A stretch of DNA of 64,000 bases, taken from IMG/VR virus record IMGVR_UViG_3300005611_000020. One strand, 5' to 3'. Shown here one piece after another: positions 28,801-38,381 of this stretch. Origin of the DNA: an uncultured virus (IMG/VR IMGVR_UViG_3300005611_000020). Its lineage: Duplodnaviria > Heunggongvirae > Uroviricota > Caudoviricetes. Both the position numbers and the translations under genes were made by a program. The notes beneath the pieces are model-generated. The model was not told where the DNA came from, ran no database searches, and saw only the letters and a program-made list of their open reading frames with translations. Position 1 is the first letter of the stretch. The number at the start of each line of letters is the position of its first letter.

Positions 28801-30508
28801 CTGCTACTTTAACTGCTGTCAGTGCTCCGGTCAGACTGTATCCGGCGATTGTCATAGTTGAGAATGCAGTTGTTACAGTTCCTGTCAGGTAAAGTAATCC
28901 ACCAAATCCACTCAGTAATGGTGGAATGGAAGCAGCTACCAGTCCAAGAGCGATAGTGAGTGCTTTGGCTTCTGTACTCATTTCGCTGAAGAAGTTGATA
29001 CCTTTTTTGATGATGTTGATAATCTTCCTCAAAGCAGGTTCAACAACTTGGAAGATTTGCTCTCCAAGTATCTTGAGTTGAGCATAAGCATTTTTGATTG
29101 CTGAGGAGAAACTCTCATACCTGACTTCAGCTTCTTGTGTCAGTGCAGTGTTATCTACAAAGGCTTGTTCTGCTGTCCTCATGGCGTTTTCCATAAGGTC
29201 AACAGATTGAGAACTTCTCAACAAGGCATCGGTTAGTCTTGCTCCTTCAATTCCCATTGCTTCAAGAGCCAGAATAGCCTTATCGCCTTCAAGCTCATTC
29301 AGTCCCCTCAACAATGCTTTAACAGCACCAGCCGCGTCTTCCCTAAAGAGAGATGAGAAATCCTGAATTGACATTTGGGCTGTTGATGCAAATGCCTCTA
29401 ATTCTTTTCCACCCGTAGCTACTTGCTTTGAGAGATTGAGGAACAATTGACTGAAGGCTGTACCGCCAGCTTCTGCTTCAATACCAACAGAAGAAAGTGA
29501 GGCTGACAAAGCTGCAATCTGAGGAACTGTTAAACCAACTTGAGAACCTGCACCAGCCAGTCTCATTGTCATACCAACAATTTCACGTTCAGTCGTTGCT
29601 GTTGTATTACCAAGAGCAACAATTGTTGATGCAAGATTGCTGAACTGAGTCTGAGGCAGGTTAGTGATGTTAGCAATTCGGGCTAGCGATGAAGCAGCGT
29701 CTTCTCCAAGGTTGGAAGCCAGTTTCAGATTCTCAACAACTTTAGTGAAGTCAAAGATGTTGTCGAAGTTGATACCTAACTGGCCAGCAACTTCAGCAGT
29801 TCCCAACAACTCTGTCAGGTCGAATGGAGCATTGTCTTGAGTGATGAAATCTTCGAACTGTTGTTTCAATCCCTGAAGTTGTTCTTCAGTAGCATTGACA
29901 GTTTTTCGAACACCACCAAAGGCAGTTTGAATCTGAGTACCAGCAGCAACAGAAGCAGCACCAATACCAAGAATAGGTAGAGTGATTTTGAGAAAGCCCG
30001 ATCTACCGATTGACTGTATCTGCTTCCCATATGACGTAGCAGCATTACCTGCTTGTCGGTACTCTTTAGAAGCCAGTCGAAGATTTTGAGTGTATTCACG
30101 TTGGGAGATAGCTCCTACGTCCAGAGCCATCTTCAAATCTTTGACTTCTCGCTCATACTTCTGAGCGGCAGTCTCAACAAGCTTGAAAGCAGAACTTGAT
30201 TGAGTGAGAACATCTTTCGATTGCTTAGTAGCACGATTGAAAGTCTCCTGAGAAATGTGACCTTGTTCCAGCAATCCCTTCATGTCTCGAAGTTCTCTGG
30301 AGTATTTCTCAGAAGCCTTTTCAACCTGCCGTGTTACTTCAGCTCCCTTCTCTTGGGACTTCTGAATGATGCGTTCTGCTTGAGCAGCTCCCTTGGTTGC
30401 TTCCTTCAACTGATCAGCAGAGTCAGCCGCCTTCTGAAACATCTCTTGATAGGCTTCAGTATCACCTATCAGACGAACAACCATTCTGAGGAGTTCTTCT
30501 TCGTTCAT
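25889..30508 (-). CDS. tail tape measure protein (TP901-like core)
   Basis: 1539 aa, helical, FGGVRKTV...AGQLGI...AEAGGTAFSQ core; follows the tail chaperones. Confidence 0.92.
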   Translation of the reverse strand: MNEEELLRMVVRLIGDTEAYQEMFQKAADSADQLKEATKGAAQAERIIQKSQEKGAEVTRQVEKASEKYSRELRDMKGLLEQGHISQETFNRATKQSKDVLTQSSSAFKLVETAAQKYEREVKDLKMALDVGAISQREYTQNLRLASKEYRQAGNAATSYGKQIQSIGRSGFLKITLPILGIGAASVAAGTQIQTAFGGVRKTVNATEEQLQGLKQQFEDFITQDNAPFDLTELLGTAEVAGQLGINFDNIFDFTKVVENLKLASNLGEDAASSLARIANITNLPQTQFSNLASTIVALGNTTATTEREIVGMTMRLAGAGSQVGLTVPQIAALSASLSSVGIEAEAGGTAFSQLFLNLSKQVATGGKELEAFASTAQMSIQDFSSLFREDAAGAVKALLRGLNELEGDKAILALEAMGIEGARLTDALLRSSQSVDLMENAMRTAEQAFVDNTALTQEAEVRYESFSSAIKNAYAQLKILGEQIFQVVEPALRKIINIIKKGINFFSEMSTEAKALTIALGLVAASIPPLLSGFGGLLYLTGTVTTAFSTMTIAGYSLTGALTAVKVAAMPIVSALLPIVGTVAAIGASFVLLVGRGNTLSEKLSSTFDQIANMVSVASNIIVGGVKGIGEILVNTFSEPLSNIGKFVSKVSKPFTDLFFGVLDSASQFGAGLLEVLGILDLFKDFGTGKDAGEGIAGYFLSGMQAVSEFNRETQRAIELNKELQGVLDKGFSSEIADIQLIADPDKQLAELQDFQTQIELDLEGIANQIGSQQKKISEEFGGFDRVFNNGLLAIEEQTLKELETRRDQLRQQAKELQQLIAQGAVVPDAEKVQASQASATPSMDVRETFEKATKSSETLVQSFQQELRSVGLEERQSKILELQVEATQLKEAGLDVTGLEEQIKQLQNLDAQINVKVKAQKIEEEVSSIMESLQYRVETFGMDQQQIQVFDLQQLGASEEQIARIVELTTTLKEKTDFEKKKQDADKLIEQYLPPEQKFEKRQQELQSMLDEGLIDQATFEAAVTDAEKQLDGLKEKTDRDYSFDLSVKGIDAVEADSAEALARVNAFLEGGTDQVAKVEAPATPQPPETKQELEKAEQRLQEKIVNIEKTISETTSTFRLVRLEESLDYAQTQVDQIRESIASLDGQNVSIGLTADSIMLPDRLPEIPDQTQRVTQQQDLIQQSEDFKTQRENLEASRTERPRLPHADDTIARAIAISIQQQNLNKTDSGSVVSTNQGNLQNIMSFAEGNKKFLERTGTENRYSEILKQSQQSQQSQNIFTGTQVNALESRELSPENLSTTIPDSIPQTINLEDLGTLDLNLPLEALSGSLMTFEETIRQIPLAKTPEALRGSQRLSEKVNQTTQINSLNTEKVNRDTQLSKLDIREASLVKKVRNVETALANTSSNFRATRLEESLNSFKSQLEEVRSVKETLTTGSTLTTAEENLASVTSSRPSTEQISQITLSEARYSQIVSQDVSETAQITERVSNAENNQTPNVSQTGNEQVLNRIAQAAERLVVITEGRPIVEIQGSDLF

Positions 30509-30513
30509 GGTTG

Positions 30514-31289
30514 CTACTTACCCTTTCGGCGTCTCATGTTTTCCATGACACCAGCAAGATATTGCTTGATGTAGGATTTGTTCTGCTGGCCAACTTCCTC
30601 TTGTGATTTCTTCTTAGGATTAAAGTCCAATAAGAAATGCTTCAGTTGAATTTTGGCTGGCTTCTTAGAAAGAACTCTTTTCACTTCCCTTGCTATCTGC
30701 ATCAGATAGTGGTCCGTCCTGTCTGGATGATTCCATTCATCTTTGAAGTGTCTTTTCCACATGAGATATTCTCGATGTGAAATACGCTCCATGCACTCAA
30801 ACAAGGGAAGTGAAAGAGTCTTGGAGATTAGGAACCAGGTTCTGAGTCGTCCTGTAACTCCCCCAATTCATCATTCTCCAACTTATTGAGACGAGTTTGG
30901 AGTTTCTCAATCTGCTCACGAATAGAATCTGGAGTTTCTTCTTCTCCAAGGTGAGAGATTTCTTTGACTCGCTCAAAGAGTTGCTTCAACGCTCGGGCAG
31001 GTAGAGTCTTTTGAACCCACTGCATACCAACAGGATTATTGTAAGTAAGCCCTGTATCTGAATGAGTAGCAAAGAGGCAATTACCTACAAGGAAGAGTTG
31101 GACATTCGCTTGACCAACCATCTTTTGTGGTTTGCCATCTGGCCCGAAAGTAACTCCGTTAAGGCTCATGTTCTGATACTCAACAGCAGTTCCACCAGAG
31201 GCTTCTTGAAGAAGGTATTTATCACCATCAATAGTGACTTCTTCTTCATACTTTTTCGTACTGAATGAAAGTGTCTTTGGCTTCGACAT
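30514..31289 (-). CDS. tail assembly chaperones G (30828-31289) and GT, joined by a probable -1 frameshift
   Basis: G GGG GAG at 30864-30858; the -1 frame is open into the 30514-30804 ORF. Confidence 0.75.
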
Positions 31290-31320
31290 TTCAAGCTTCT
31301 CCCAGTGACTTCCTGATTAA

Positions 31321-31372
31321 AAAACAAAAGAAGAGACAGGTAAGGCAAGGAGTCAAATACCTTACCTGTCTC
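31321..31372 (-). terminator. intrinsic terminator-like hairpin after the major tail gene
   Basis: 13-bp stem GAGACAGGTAAGG/CCTTACCTGTCTC followed by a T-rich tract on the minus strand. Confidence 0.55.
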
Positions 31373-31393
31373 AGACCTAAGGTAGCGAAACGC

Positions 31394-31870
31394 TTAGGTG
31401 CCAGCGACATTAACGAAAGTTGGACCTTCTTCAGTTGAAGTGCCAGGCTCAACGTTAGTAGCAACAAAAGTGAACGATGCTTGAGGTGGTTCACCTGTTA
31501 CGATCGGATCAGGTTCAAACGATTTGAGATACCCAAAGATGGCATCCGTAGAACCATCTGGATACTTTATGGTCAAAGTAGTTTCCACATTGATCAAAGC
31601 ACGAATCTGAACATTTACATTTGGATCATACTGACAAACACCTTCGCCGTCCGTCAGGTCAATCAAAGCTTGTGGAGCTTTGGTTCGGTATGTCGTGTTG
31701 TGATGCGTTGTTTGTTCGATAGCATCACCCCCGTCCATACCGGGTGGCTTAACTTCCACTTCCCAGAAGCTGATGTCTGGATCGGCGGCAAACGTCACCA
31801 GCGTACCGTGACCATCTTTCAGCTTGATCCCCGCTGGCGTTTGCCTTGCTGTTGCGACTGGAGCTGTCAT
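31394..31870 (-). CDS. major tail (tube) protein
   Basis: VKPPGMDGGDAIEQTT, TIKYPDGS...FGYL..FEP; lies upstream of the chaperones. Confidence 0.75.
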   Translation of the reverse strand: MTAPVATARQTPAGIKLKDGHGTLVTFAADPDISFWEVEVKPPGMDGGDAIEQTTHHNTTYRTKAPQALIDLTDGEGVCQYDPNVNVQIRALINVETTLTIKYPDGSTDAIFGYLKSFEPDPIVTGEPPQASFTFVATNVEPGTSTEEGPTFVNVAGT

Positions 31871-31894
31871 AAGACTTTCCCTTCCTTAAATGAA

Positions 31895-32176
31895 TTAGAC
31901 TTCAACAGGACTTTTCAATTTGAAAGCCTGTACTACACCGGAAACAAGTTTGATTGCTGTGAAAGTCCCGTACAGGTGAGTTCCAGCAGCTAGAGAGATT
32001 GCATTAAGTCCAGCAATGTTATCAACGTTTGATGCAACTGTTTCTGAGGTGTCAAGAACTGCATCAGTTATCACTTTGATACAGAACCAACCTGTATATC
32101 CTGTTGCTGGAGTCACTGTTGTTGTATTTGCAATGATCTGACTGCCTTCCAGACCATGTGATCTTTCCATACTCAT
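31895..32176 (-). CDS. small putative structural protein
   Basis: ATGA-coupled ORF in the head-tail block. Confidence 0.5.
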   Translation of the reverse strand: MSMERSHGLEGSQIIANTTTVTPATGYTGWFCIKVITDAVLDTSETVASNVDNIAGLNAISLAAGTHLYGTFTAIKLVSGVVQAFKLKSPVEV

Positions 32177-32613
32177 GTGATTTGCCTGACTGGTACTAGA
32201 CAATGAAAGATGAAAAGGTTTCTTCTACTTCCCTCGATATTCCTTGTAGGATTCAAAATACTAGAAGACCTTGTGATAGCCGGTATGGTGTAAACGCTAC
32301 TTGCAATTGTGACTTCGGTATTCCTGACACTCTCATCAAAAGCAACTGCAATAGCTCTTGCCTTTTGTTCTCCTGAAGGGAAGGTATTGGACCTCACAGT
32401 GATTTGGATTCCATTGTGCTCAACGTACTCTCCGTTGACGTGATTCCGGCCCCGTATCTTTCCTGCTTCAGAGAACACTGTGATCAAGTTGTCGGGAGTA
32501 TTTGGTGAGAAGTCAGTGTAGACTGGCCATGAACCACTAAAAGTTCCCAGCCCCAAATCAATGATGAGTTGAGTCATAATTTCAGAAATTGAATTGTTCA
32601 ATGCTCCACTCAT
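32173..32613 (-). CDS. tail terminator / minor capsid-like protein
   Basis: P.TPDNLITV, IQITVRS motifs and synteny. Confidence 0.65.
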   Translation of the reverse strand: MSGALNNSISEIMTQLIIDLGLGTFSGSWPVYTDFSPNTPDNLITVFSEAGKIRGRNHVNGEYVEHNGIQITVRSNTFPSGEQKARAIAVAFDESVRNTEVTIASSVYTIPAITRSSSILNPTRNIEGSRRNLFIFHCLVPVRQIT

Positions 32614-33089
32614 TTCTTGCCCTTACGTTTTTGTTTCCGCTTCTTTGTTCTCTTGTTGGCGGATGCTGCTCGCCTGTCTGCCATAGCATCAGCTCTTTCT
32701 TTTTCACCTTCTGCATAGGCTTGTAGTGAGGCCGCTTCCAAGTCACTTTCTTTTGCTGTGAATGCTGAAGCTTTCAAAGCTCCTGTATCAACTGGTGTAT
32801 CTTCTTCAGCCGCTGCTTGAAGCCTGTTTCCAGCTAATAACAAACCCCTTTCAATGGAACCTGTTTTCTTGACTTGATCCAGAACAATCTGACTCATCTC
32901 TTGTTGTAAGTCTCTGGCATTATCAAGTAAGAATCCTGCCTTTCCTGTTGTGTGATTAGCGGTCTTGTTTTCGTGAACTGCTAAAGCATAGTTTTGAGTG
33001 AATCCAACAACGACACTCTCACCGACAAAGCCTTTAGCTACTTTGTTCAAAGCTCGCTTGACTTCAGAAATGCCGGTAATTTTTGGCAT
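32610..33089 (-). CDS. HK97 gp10-like tail completion protein
   Basis: YALAVHE, TPVDTGALKAS. Confidence 0.7.
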   Translation of the reverse strand: MPKITGISEVKRALNKVAKGFVGESVVVGFTQNYALAVHENKTANHTTGKAGFLLDNARDLQQEMSQIVLDQVKKTGSIERGLLLAGNRLQAAAEEDTPVDTGALKASAFTAKESDLEAASLQAYAEGEKERADAMADRRAASANKRTKKRKQKRKGKK

Positions 33090-33092
33090 GTG

Positions 33093-33230
33093 TTAAATTC
33101 CAAGACCAAGCTCAAAACTGATCCGACCAATACCAATTGTGTCTTGTGAAACTTCTACACCACCACAAGCCCACTGTGTTGAGTATCCAAAGTAGTGATG
33201 CGTAAAGTTGACACTCCAGTCATAGACCAT
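33093..33230 (-). CDS. 45-aa hypothetical protein
   Basis: Manual ORF MVYDWSVNF... that fills the gap between genes. Confidence 0.45.
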   Translation of the reverse strand: MVYDWSVNFTHHYFGYSTQWACGGVEVSQDTIGIGRISFELGLGI

Positions 33231-33232
33231 GA

Positions 33233-34102
33233 TTAAGTCTCCGTCTTGATAGTGATAAGCAGGTCATCAGAGCCGGACGACGTGAACCTCAAAAGGACCA
33301 TGTCTGCATTCAGATCAGTGGCAGCTAAAGTGATGCCATAAGCTCCGTTGCCTATCTCAGTTACAGAGTTGGCACATGAGGCGAAGGCACCCTTGTCGAG
33401 CGACCTCTGAGCTGTCACTGTTTGACCAGCGATCGGAGTTCTCCCGTCAGCTGAGTCTCTAAGAACAAAAGTCATGTCGGCTTGAGTGTTTTTCTTGAAT
33501 CCGGCAGGATCAGAGAGTGCCCGTCCTGTTGTTGCCCATACTTGAGTTCCGATAGCTGTAGCAGTCGGAACTGCCGCCGTCACACTGGCCTTCATGGTTG
33601 CTGTCAGATCACCATTTGCCGGAGCGTTTGTCAGATCTGTGACAGTAGGAATCACATTGTTTGTTCCAGCGTAGCCAGTACCATCAAAAAATGCTTCAGC
33701 ATTATCAGCAGCCGCAGAGTCTCCACTGATTTGCGTCACATTCGTAGGAAGTAATCCGGTAGCCCCTGAGGCATACATTGCATCGTAAATGGCTTCTTCC
33801 AGCACGGTGAAGTCTGCCCTTAGAGGAAGAATCAATGAGTCGTCATTGATCACAATTGTCATGTGGCCGACTGTATCTGAAATCCCAGACTGCAACGTCA
33901 GGTGATAGTAACCGTCTGCTGTTGCGATGGCCGCAAATGTGTATCCGCTGATATCAACAACAGTGCCATTATCATGCAGAATAGCCTCAGCCTCATCTGC
34001 TGAGCTGACTGCGAGCGTCGTGACTGGAGTGAAACCGTCACCAACCGCTACTGCCGGCCCGATCACTACTTTGTGCGTCGCACCTTGACGAATAAAAAAC
34101 AT
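33233..34102 (-). CDS. putative virion structural protein
   Basis: 289 aa, A/T/G/D-rich, with two similar GxY.LTL domains. Confidence 0.5.
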   Translation of the reverse strand: MFFIRQGATHKVVIGPAVAVGDGFTPVTTLAVSSADEAEAILHDNGTVVDISGYTFAAIATADGYYHLTLQSGISDTVGHMTIVINDDSLILPLRADFTVLEEAIYDAMYASGATGLLPTNVTQISGDSAAADNAEAFFDGTGYAGTNNVIPTVTDLTNAPANGDLTATMKASVTAAVPTATAIGTQVWATTGRALSDPAGFKKNTQADMTFVLRDSADGRTPIAGQTVTAQRSLDKGAFASCANSVTEIGNGAYGITLAATDLNADMVLLRFTSSGSDDLLITIKTET

Positions 34103-34103
34103 A

Positions 34104-35606
34104 TCAGTTAACCCCTTGAATTTGCTTGTAGTGGTGCATTATGACTGGGATTGATGGTCCAGCAGACGAAGTAGCGACTGTCAGGAGCGGGTCATTTGCT
34201 GTCCCTGTAGTTTCTGCTGTAAATATGTTGAGTTTGGCCGTATGACCTTGTGCCCATGTTGGGCTGCCAGACTCGTGAGCCGCAGTGACACCAATACCTA
34301 GATTCGTAACAGCTTCCATGTTGATAGCAGCACGACCATCAGCGTTGAGCGTTTGTGTTACAAGGGTCCGGTCAAAACTCTCTGACGCCATATCTCGGGC
34401 AGAGTCAGTAAGCGGAGTAGAACCAAAGGCCATATAGTCACCAGTTGCCAATGACGTATTGGACGCTGGCGATGACGTGTAAATCTGCGTTGAAAGCCCT
34501 AGAGACCCGGTTATTCTCTGGTTATCAAAATTCAGCCTCAATGTTGCTGAGTCTACCTGTTGACCCGCACCAATCGACGACGTGTCAAAACCAAAGAACA
34601 TGTGCCTGTACTGTAAGTATTCACCTGGGGCGTCATATTCATTTACTGCTTCAACCAGCACGTCACCGGATGGACCTGAATCGTCAACATAGTTTGCTGA
34701 ACCACCAATAAGTGTAGCCCAATTTCCAGACGTGCTTCCTCTAACAATGCCATCAACGCTCGTTGTTTCAGGATTCGGGTCAGGGCTAAACGTAACGTCG
34801 GCTCTGTAGACAGAACCTTGAGCAAGTGCTTCTGCAATATCAGCACGAAGGACGTACTTGGTAGCTTTGACAGTTATGCCATCATTCTGAATGACAACAT
34901 CGACACGGACATTCTTTTGCGTGTATGTCCCATCTAAATTGGTCCACCAGTAAACCGGCTTTCGAAGAATTGCTCCACGAATGGTTGCTGGGTCATCTCC
35001 CTTAGCAAGGAATACGTCGAATCCCTGAACGGTAGCACCATCGCCAGAGTTACCAGCCCAAGGTCGTTGATCAAAATTCTGGCCAACAAAAGTGGTAGCG
35101 TCGTTTGACTGAATGTAGAAATCATAGGTGAGATACTCACTGTCTCCAGCAGGCATCTCTGTGATTTCAATCACGTGTTCAAGTCGTGAAACTCTGCCGT
35201 GCCAGTGGCCATAGATCAGGTTTTGTCCCTGACCGAATGCGTTGTAGTAGATGACCTGCCAAGGCTTGTCGGGATGGATGATTCCAGTTGAATTGGTAGG
35301 GCAATCTGCCCTCATCCTCATCACGAATGCGTCTTCGGAATTACTCCAATTGCCTTCGGTGATTTGGCGTTTGGCTGAGTATTCCCCGTTAAATTCTGCA
35401 TCAAGCCAGTCCTGAGCGTTACGAGGAAACTGGATACTTCCGGGAAATTTGGTAGCAGTAAAGTCAGATTCGATGTCTGTGACAATACTGCCCCATGCAT
35501 AGCCGCGTTTCTTGTAGGCTACCTGTCCTGCTGACACGCGAGACGTACGGCTCTTGCCGTTGTACTGCGTCAACGTATTCCAGAATGTCGGGACGAAGTC
35601 AGACAC
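34104..35606 (-). CDS. putative virion appendage protein with C-terminal DNRLRE-like beta domain
   Basis: FFGFDTSSIG.G..VDSATLRL and final PLLTV motif. Confidence 0.5.
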   Translation of the reverse strand: MSDFVPTFWNTLTQYNGKSRTSRVSAGQVAYKKRGYAWGSIVTDIESDFTATKFPGSIQFPRNAQDWLDAEFNGEYSAKRQITEGNWSNSEDAFVMRMRADCPTNSTGIIHPDKPWQVIYYNAFGQGQNLIYGHWHGRVSRLEHVIEITEMPAGDSEYLTYDFYIQSNDATTFVGQNFDQRPWAGNSGDGATVQGFDVFLAKGDDPATIRGAILRKPVYWWTNLDGTYTQKNVRVDVVIQNDGITVKATKYVLRADIAEALAQGSVYRADVTFSPDPNPETTSVDGIVRGSTSGNWATLIGGSANYVDDSGPSGDVLVEAVNEYDAPGEYLQYRHMFFGFDTSSIGAGQQVDSATLRLNFDNQRITGSLGLSTQIYTSSPASNTSLATGDYMAFGSTPLTDSARDMASESFDRTLVTQTLNADGRAAINMEAVTNLGIGVTAAHESGSPTWAQGHTAKLNIFTAETTGTANDPLLTVATSSAGPSIPVIMHHYKQIQGVN

Positions 35607-35611
35607 AATGA

Positions 35612-36055
35612 TTACTTCTTGTGTTGATAGTAGAAATGAGAAATCTGATTTGCTGATTCAGGTGTCAACCATCCAACAGCTTTTCCATTCTTAATTGCTA
35701 CCACTTGAGGAACAGTATTTTCTCTTCGATGCTTGTTGAACAAGTCGGGATTCTTATCAATGTCAATAACCTGGATATGGTCTGTCTTTTCACTTCCTAC
35801 CTTCCATCCTACTTCCTGAAGGGAATGGAGTCCTGCTTTGATTGTTTGGCAAGGGCCACACCATGAAGCTGTGAAGTAGTAAACGTGATAAGAATCCTTC
35901 TTTTTGACTTGCTCTTTTGGTTCTTCTTTCTTGACTGTTTCTTCTACTGGCTGATTGAACAACCAGCAGAATTTACACTTCTTACCAAAGACATCAGCAA
36001 AGCCAATGTCACCCGGTAAAAGCAGGGAGATGAAAACAATCCAATTCATGACCAC
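35612..36055 (-). CDS. thioredoxin-domain protein with hydrophobic N-terminus
   Basis: YFTASWCGPCQ active site; TVP cis-Pro motif. Confidence 0.85.
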   Translation of the reverse strand: MVMNWIVFISLLLPGDIGFADVFGKKCKFCWLFNQPVEETVKKEEPKEQVKKKDSYHVYYFTASWCGPCQTIKAGLHSLQEVGWKVGSEKTDHIQVIDIDKNPDLFNKHRRENTVPQVVAIKNGKAVGWLTPESANQISHFYYQHKK

Positions 36056-36432
36056 ACATTATCGAAAGAGGTTTTTTCTTCGATGCCTTCCATCTCTTCC
36101 AGAGCCTCTTTAACGAGTGCTCCATTCTTCGATGCCCATTCAAGAACATCATTCGAAGATTCCAGATAGCCTTTGGCATTGAGAGGAATGTCTTGATTCT
36201 TTGCGGCAGTCTTAATTGCTTTTCTGACAGCCCATTGAGCCAGATACGATTTGCTTTCAATCTTATCTACGACTGATTTGCTACCACCGCAATCACCAAT
36301 GACTTTCATCAGAATATCGAGAACAAGTGGAAGGATGATTGTAAAATCAAATCCATAAACTTGACTCCTGGCACCAGTTACTTTTGCCAGGTCTTCGCAA
36401 CATTTATCCATACGCTTCACGGTTATCTCCAA
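36046..36432 (-). CDS. hypothetical protein with one hydrophobic segment
   Basis: FDFTIILPLVLDILMKVIG. Confidence 0.55.
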   Translation of the reverse strand: MEITVKRMDKCCEDLAKVTGARSQVYGFDFTIILPLVLDILMKVIGDCGGSKSVVDKIESKSYLAQWAVRKAIKTAAKNQDIPLNAKGYLESSNDVLEWASKNGALVKEALEEMEGIEEKTSFDNVWS

Positions 36433-37355
36433 ACATCTTCAAAGGAAAAGGATTGTTTCTTGTATCCCTCAAATCCACTCATTGAGTAGCTGTCAGGATT
36501 ACGACTCAACATTCTGTTTGCTGTATCAGCATCAACCCAGAAACTTCCGTCAGGTTGATTGTGTCTTTTTGGCCCGCTGATCCAATGTTTGCCCCATGAG
36601 TTCATGCAGAGTAGGCCAGGTCTTTTGTGCTTGTCATCAACTCCACAAAACAACATGCAATGTGCCCAACTGCCTGATGCTCTAGCGAATCCATCTTTGT
36701 CGCGTGTAGACCTGAAACCTTGCATAGAGCAGACAGGAACAGGGTATCCATTAGCAATTGCATCTCTGGCTTCTTCATAGCTTGTTACAAGTGAAACTGT
36801 TCTGACAGGATGTTCTTTGCTGATCGATTCCAACTCATCTGGTATTCCGCCATTAGGCTTTCCCCATTGTCTGGCTTTATTACCAGAGTACGTTCTAAGA
36901 TCATGGCTTCCATACTTTGACCGAGTAAGAGTTCCATATTCCTGAACTGTTCTCGCTGCCCATGCTCCGATTGAACCATCACCGTTACCGAGTCTTCCTC
37001 TCCCAATTTCTACTCTTGAACCTGCATAGATTGCTTCAGTTGCTGTCTCTGCCTTGAACTCTTCTCTCTCTTTCTGAAGTTTGATTTCTACTGCTTTGAG
37101 AATATCAACTCCAAGTCCCCATCCGTGAGAAACACAATCACCAACTGTCTGTTCATGAACTGGAAAATGCCCTAAGAGTTCTTCAAGGTATTTGTAGAGA
37201 AGAACAATCTGATCTTTGCCAGTATCTTTGAGAGTAGAAGCGGCAGCACCAAACACCGGACGCCTCAACATGCCCATCAAAGAATCAGTTTCTCTCCAGT
37301 CATAAACGCACTTGTTGAGGTTAAGGTAGTAGTCAACAGGTTTTGTATCAGGCAT
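36423..37355 (-). CDS. papain-like (C1) cysteine peptidase
   Basis: QTVGDCVSHG (Q, C), WAHCM (H), MNSWG.HW (N). Confidence 0.85.
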   Translation of the reverse strand: MPDTKPVDYYLNLNKCVYDWRETDSLMGMLRRPVFGAAASTLKDTGKDQIVLLYKYLEELLGHFPVHEQTVGDCVSHGWGLGVDILKAVEIKLQKEREEFKAETATEAIYAGSRVEIGRGRLGNGDGSIGAWAARTVQEYGTLTRSKYGSHDLRTYSGNKARQWGKPNGGIPDELESISKEHPVRTVSLVTSYEEARDAIANGYPVPVCSMQGFRSTRDKDGFARASGSWAHCMLFCGVDDKHKRPGLLCMNSWGKHWISGPKRHNQPDGSFWVDADTANRMLSRNPDSYSMSGFEGYKKQSFSFEDVWR

Positions 37356-37530
37356 TTGATGGTTCCCCCTTTAAGAGTCTTCCACCAAACCAGAATGCAA
37401 CTGTTGCAGTCGTGAGTGTTTCGAGTTTGTCGATAGCTTCAGGATTCCAGAAACAGGCTCCAATAAATGCCCACACTAAAGACAAAGTGATGATTGGTCT
37501 GATCATTGATTTCACTGTTTCTGTCCTCAT
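37348..37530 (-). CDS. holin-like small membrane protein
   Basis: IRPIIT..., FWFGGR ending; two hydrophobic segments. Confidence 0.55.
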   Translation of the reverse strand: MRTETVKSMIRPIITLSLVWAFIGACFWNPEAIDKLETLTTATVAFWFGGRLLKGEPSNA

Positions 37531-38369
37531 TGGATCACCTCAAGTCCTAAGGCAATCTCAGAGAATGCTGTAGCGAAGTCAGAGTCATTAACAATCTTTC
37601 CATCATCACTCAGATCAGACATGGCTTTCATGACTGAGTTGCCCCAAGGCTTCCATGCTTCGAAGTCATCTCCCAGGGTAGAAACCAGACCATCTCTGAG
37701 AGCTATCAGGATCGGTTCCTGTCCACCTTTTAAGGCACCTGCGGCTATCCTTGCTGCAATACCTCTATGAACTCCTGCCACGTCCTTAGATCGCGTTCTA
37801 GATGCTTCTGGAACTTCTCTGAGAGCCATATCTCTACTCAGAGTTGCCAACCCATACTTCCCCTCAGGAAGTGGCGTAGGTTTTGGCGGATTAGGATTAT
37901 CAGGATCGGGATTTGGAATAGTTCCAGTGACCACTACCTGATGAACAATCGACTCAGTTTTGACTTTTGTATTGACTAGAATCGTTATTATCTCAGCCAG
38001 TGATTTTGTAGCTGTTTTGATTTCATCAATCTCAGCGACAATCAATAACTCAGCCAGATTCTTTTGTGCTTCTGCTAAAGCTTCAATTTCAATAGACAGG
38101 TCTGAAGTGTAGGAAAAAACAAACCAGTATTTGCCCGGAGTTGGAGTAGCAAAAACGATTCGTTGAGCATCATCAACAATTTTGAAGGAGTCAGTAGGAG
38201 CATTAACAGCTTGCCAGTTTCTTCCTGAGGAAGAGATAGCCGTTGCATCGAGGATGACCAGTGATCCGGGTGATACTTCATCTGGACCTTCTATCTTTGG
38301 ACTTTGAGCAAATACCATCGAAGGTATTACCAAAGTCATTATCAGTGATCTAATCAGTCTCATCATCAA
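37527..38369 (-). CDS. secreted or membrane protein with Ig-like domain and Pro-rich linker
   Basis: Signal-like N-terminus, IEGP.EV.PG.LV.LDA, PNPDPDNPNPPKPTP. Confidence 0.6.
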   Translation of the reverse strand: MMMRLIRSLIMTLVIPSMVFAQSPKIEGPDEVSPGSLVILDATAISSSGRNWQAVNAPTDSFKIVDDAQRIVFATPTPGKYWFVFSYTSDLSIEIEALAEAQKNLAELLIVAEIDEIKTATKSLAEIITILVNTKVKTESIVHQVVVTGTIPNPDPDNPNPPKPTPLPEGKYGLATLSRDMALREVPEASRTRSKDVAGVHRGIAARIAAGALKGGQEPILIALRDGLVSTLGDDFEAWKPWGNSVMKAMSDLSDDGKIVNDSDFATAFSEIALGLEVIQ

Positions 38370-38381
38370 TCCCCTGTTTCA

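Noticed and set aside
31481..31993. 170-aa plus-strand ORF
   Set aside because: Antisense to the major tail gene with no recognisable domain, unlike the intein-nested ORF
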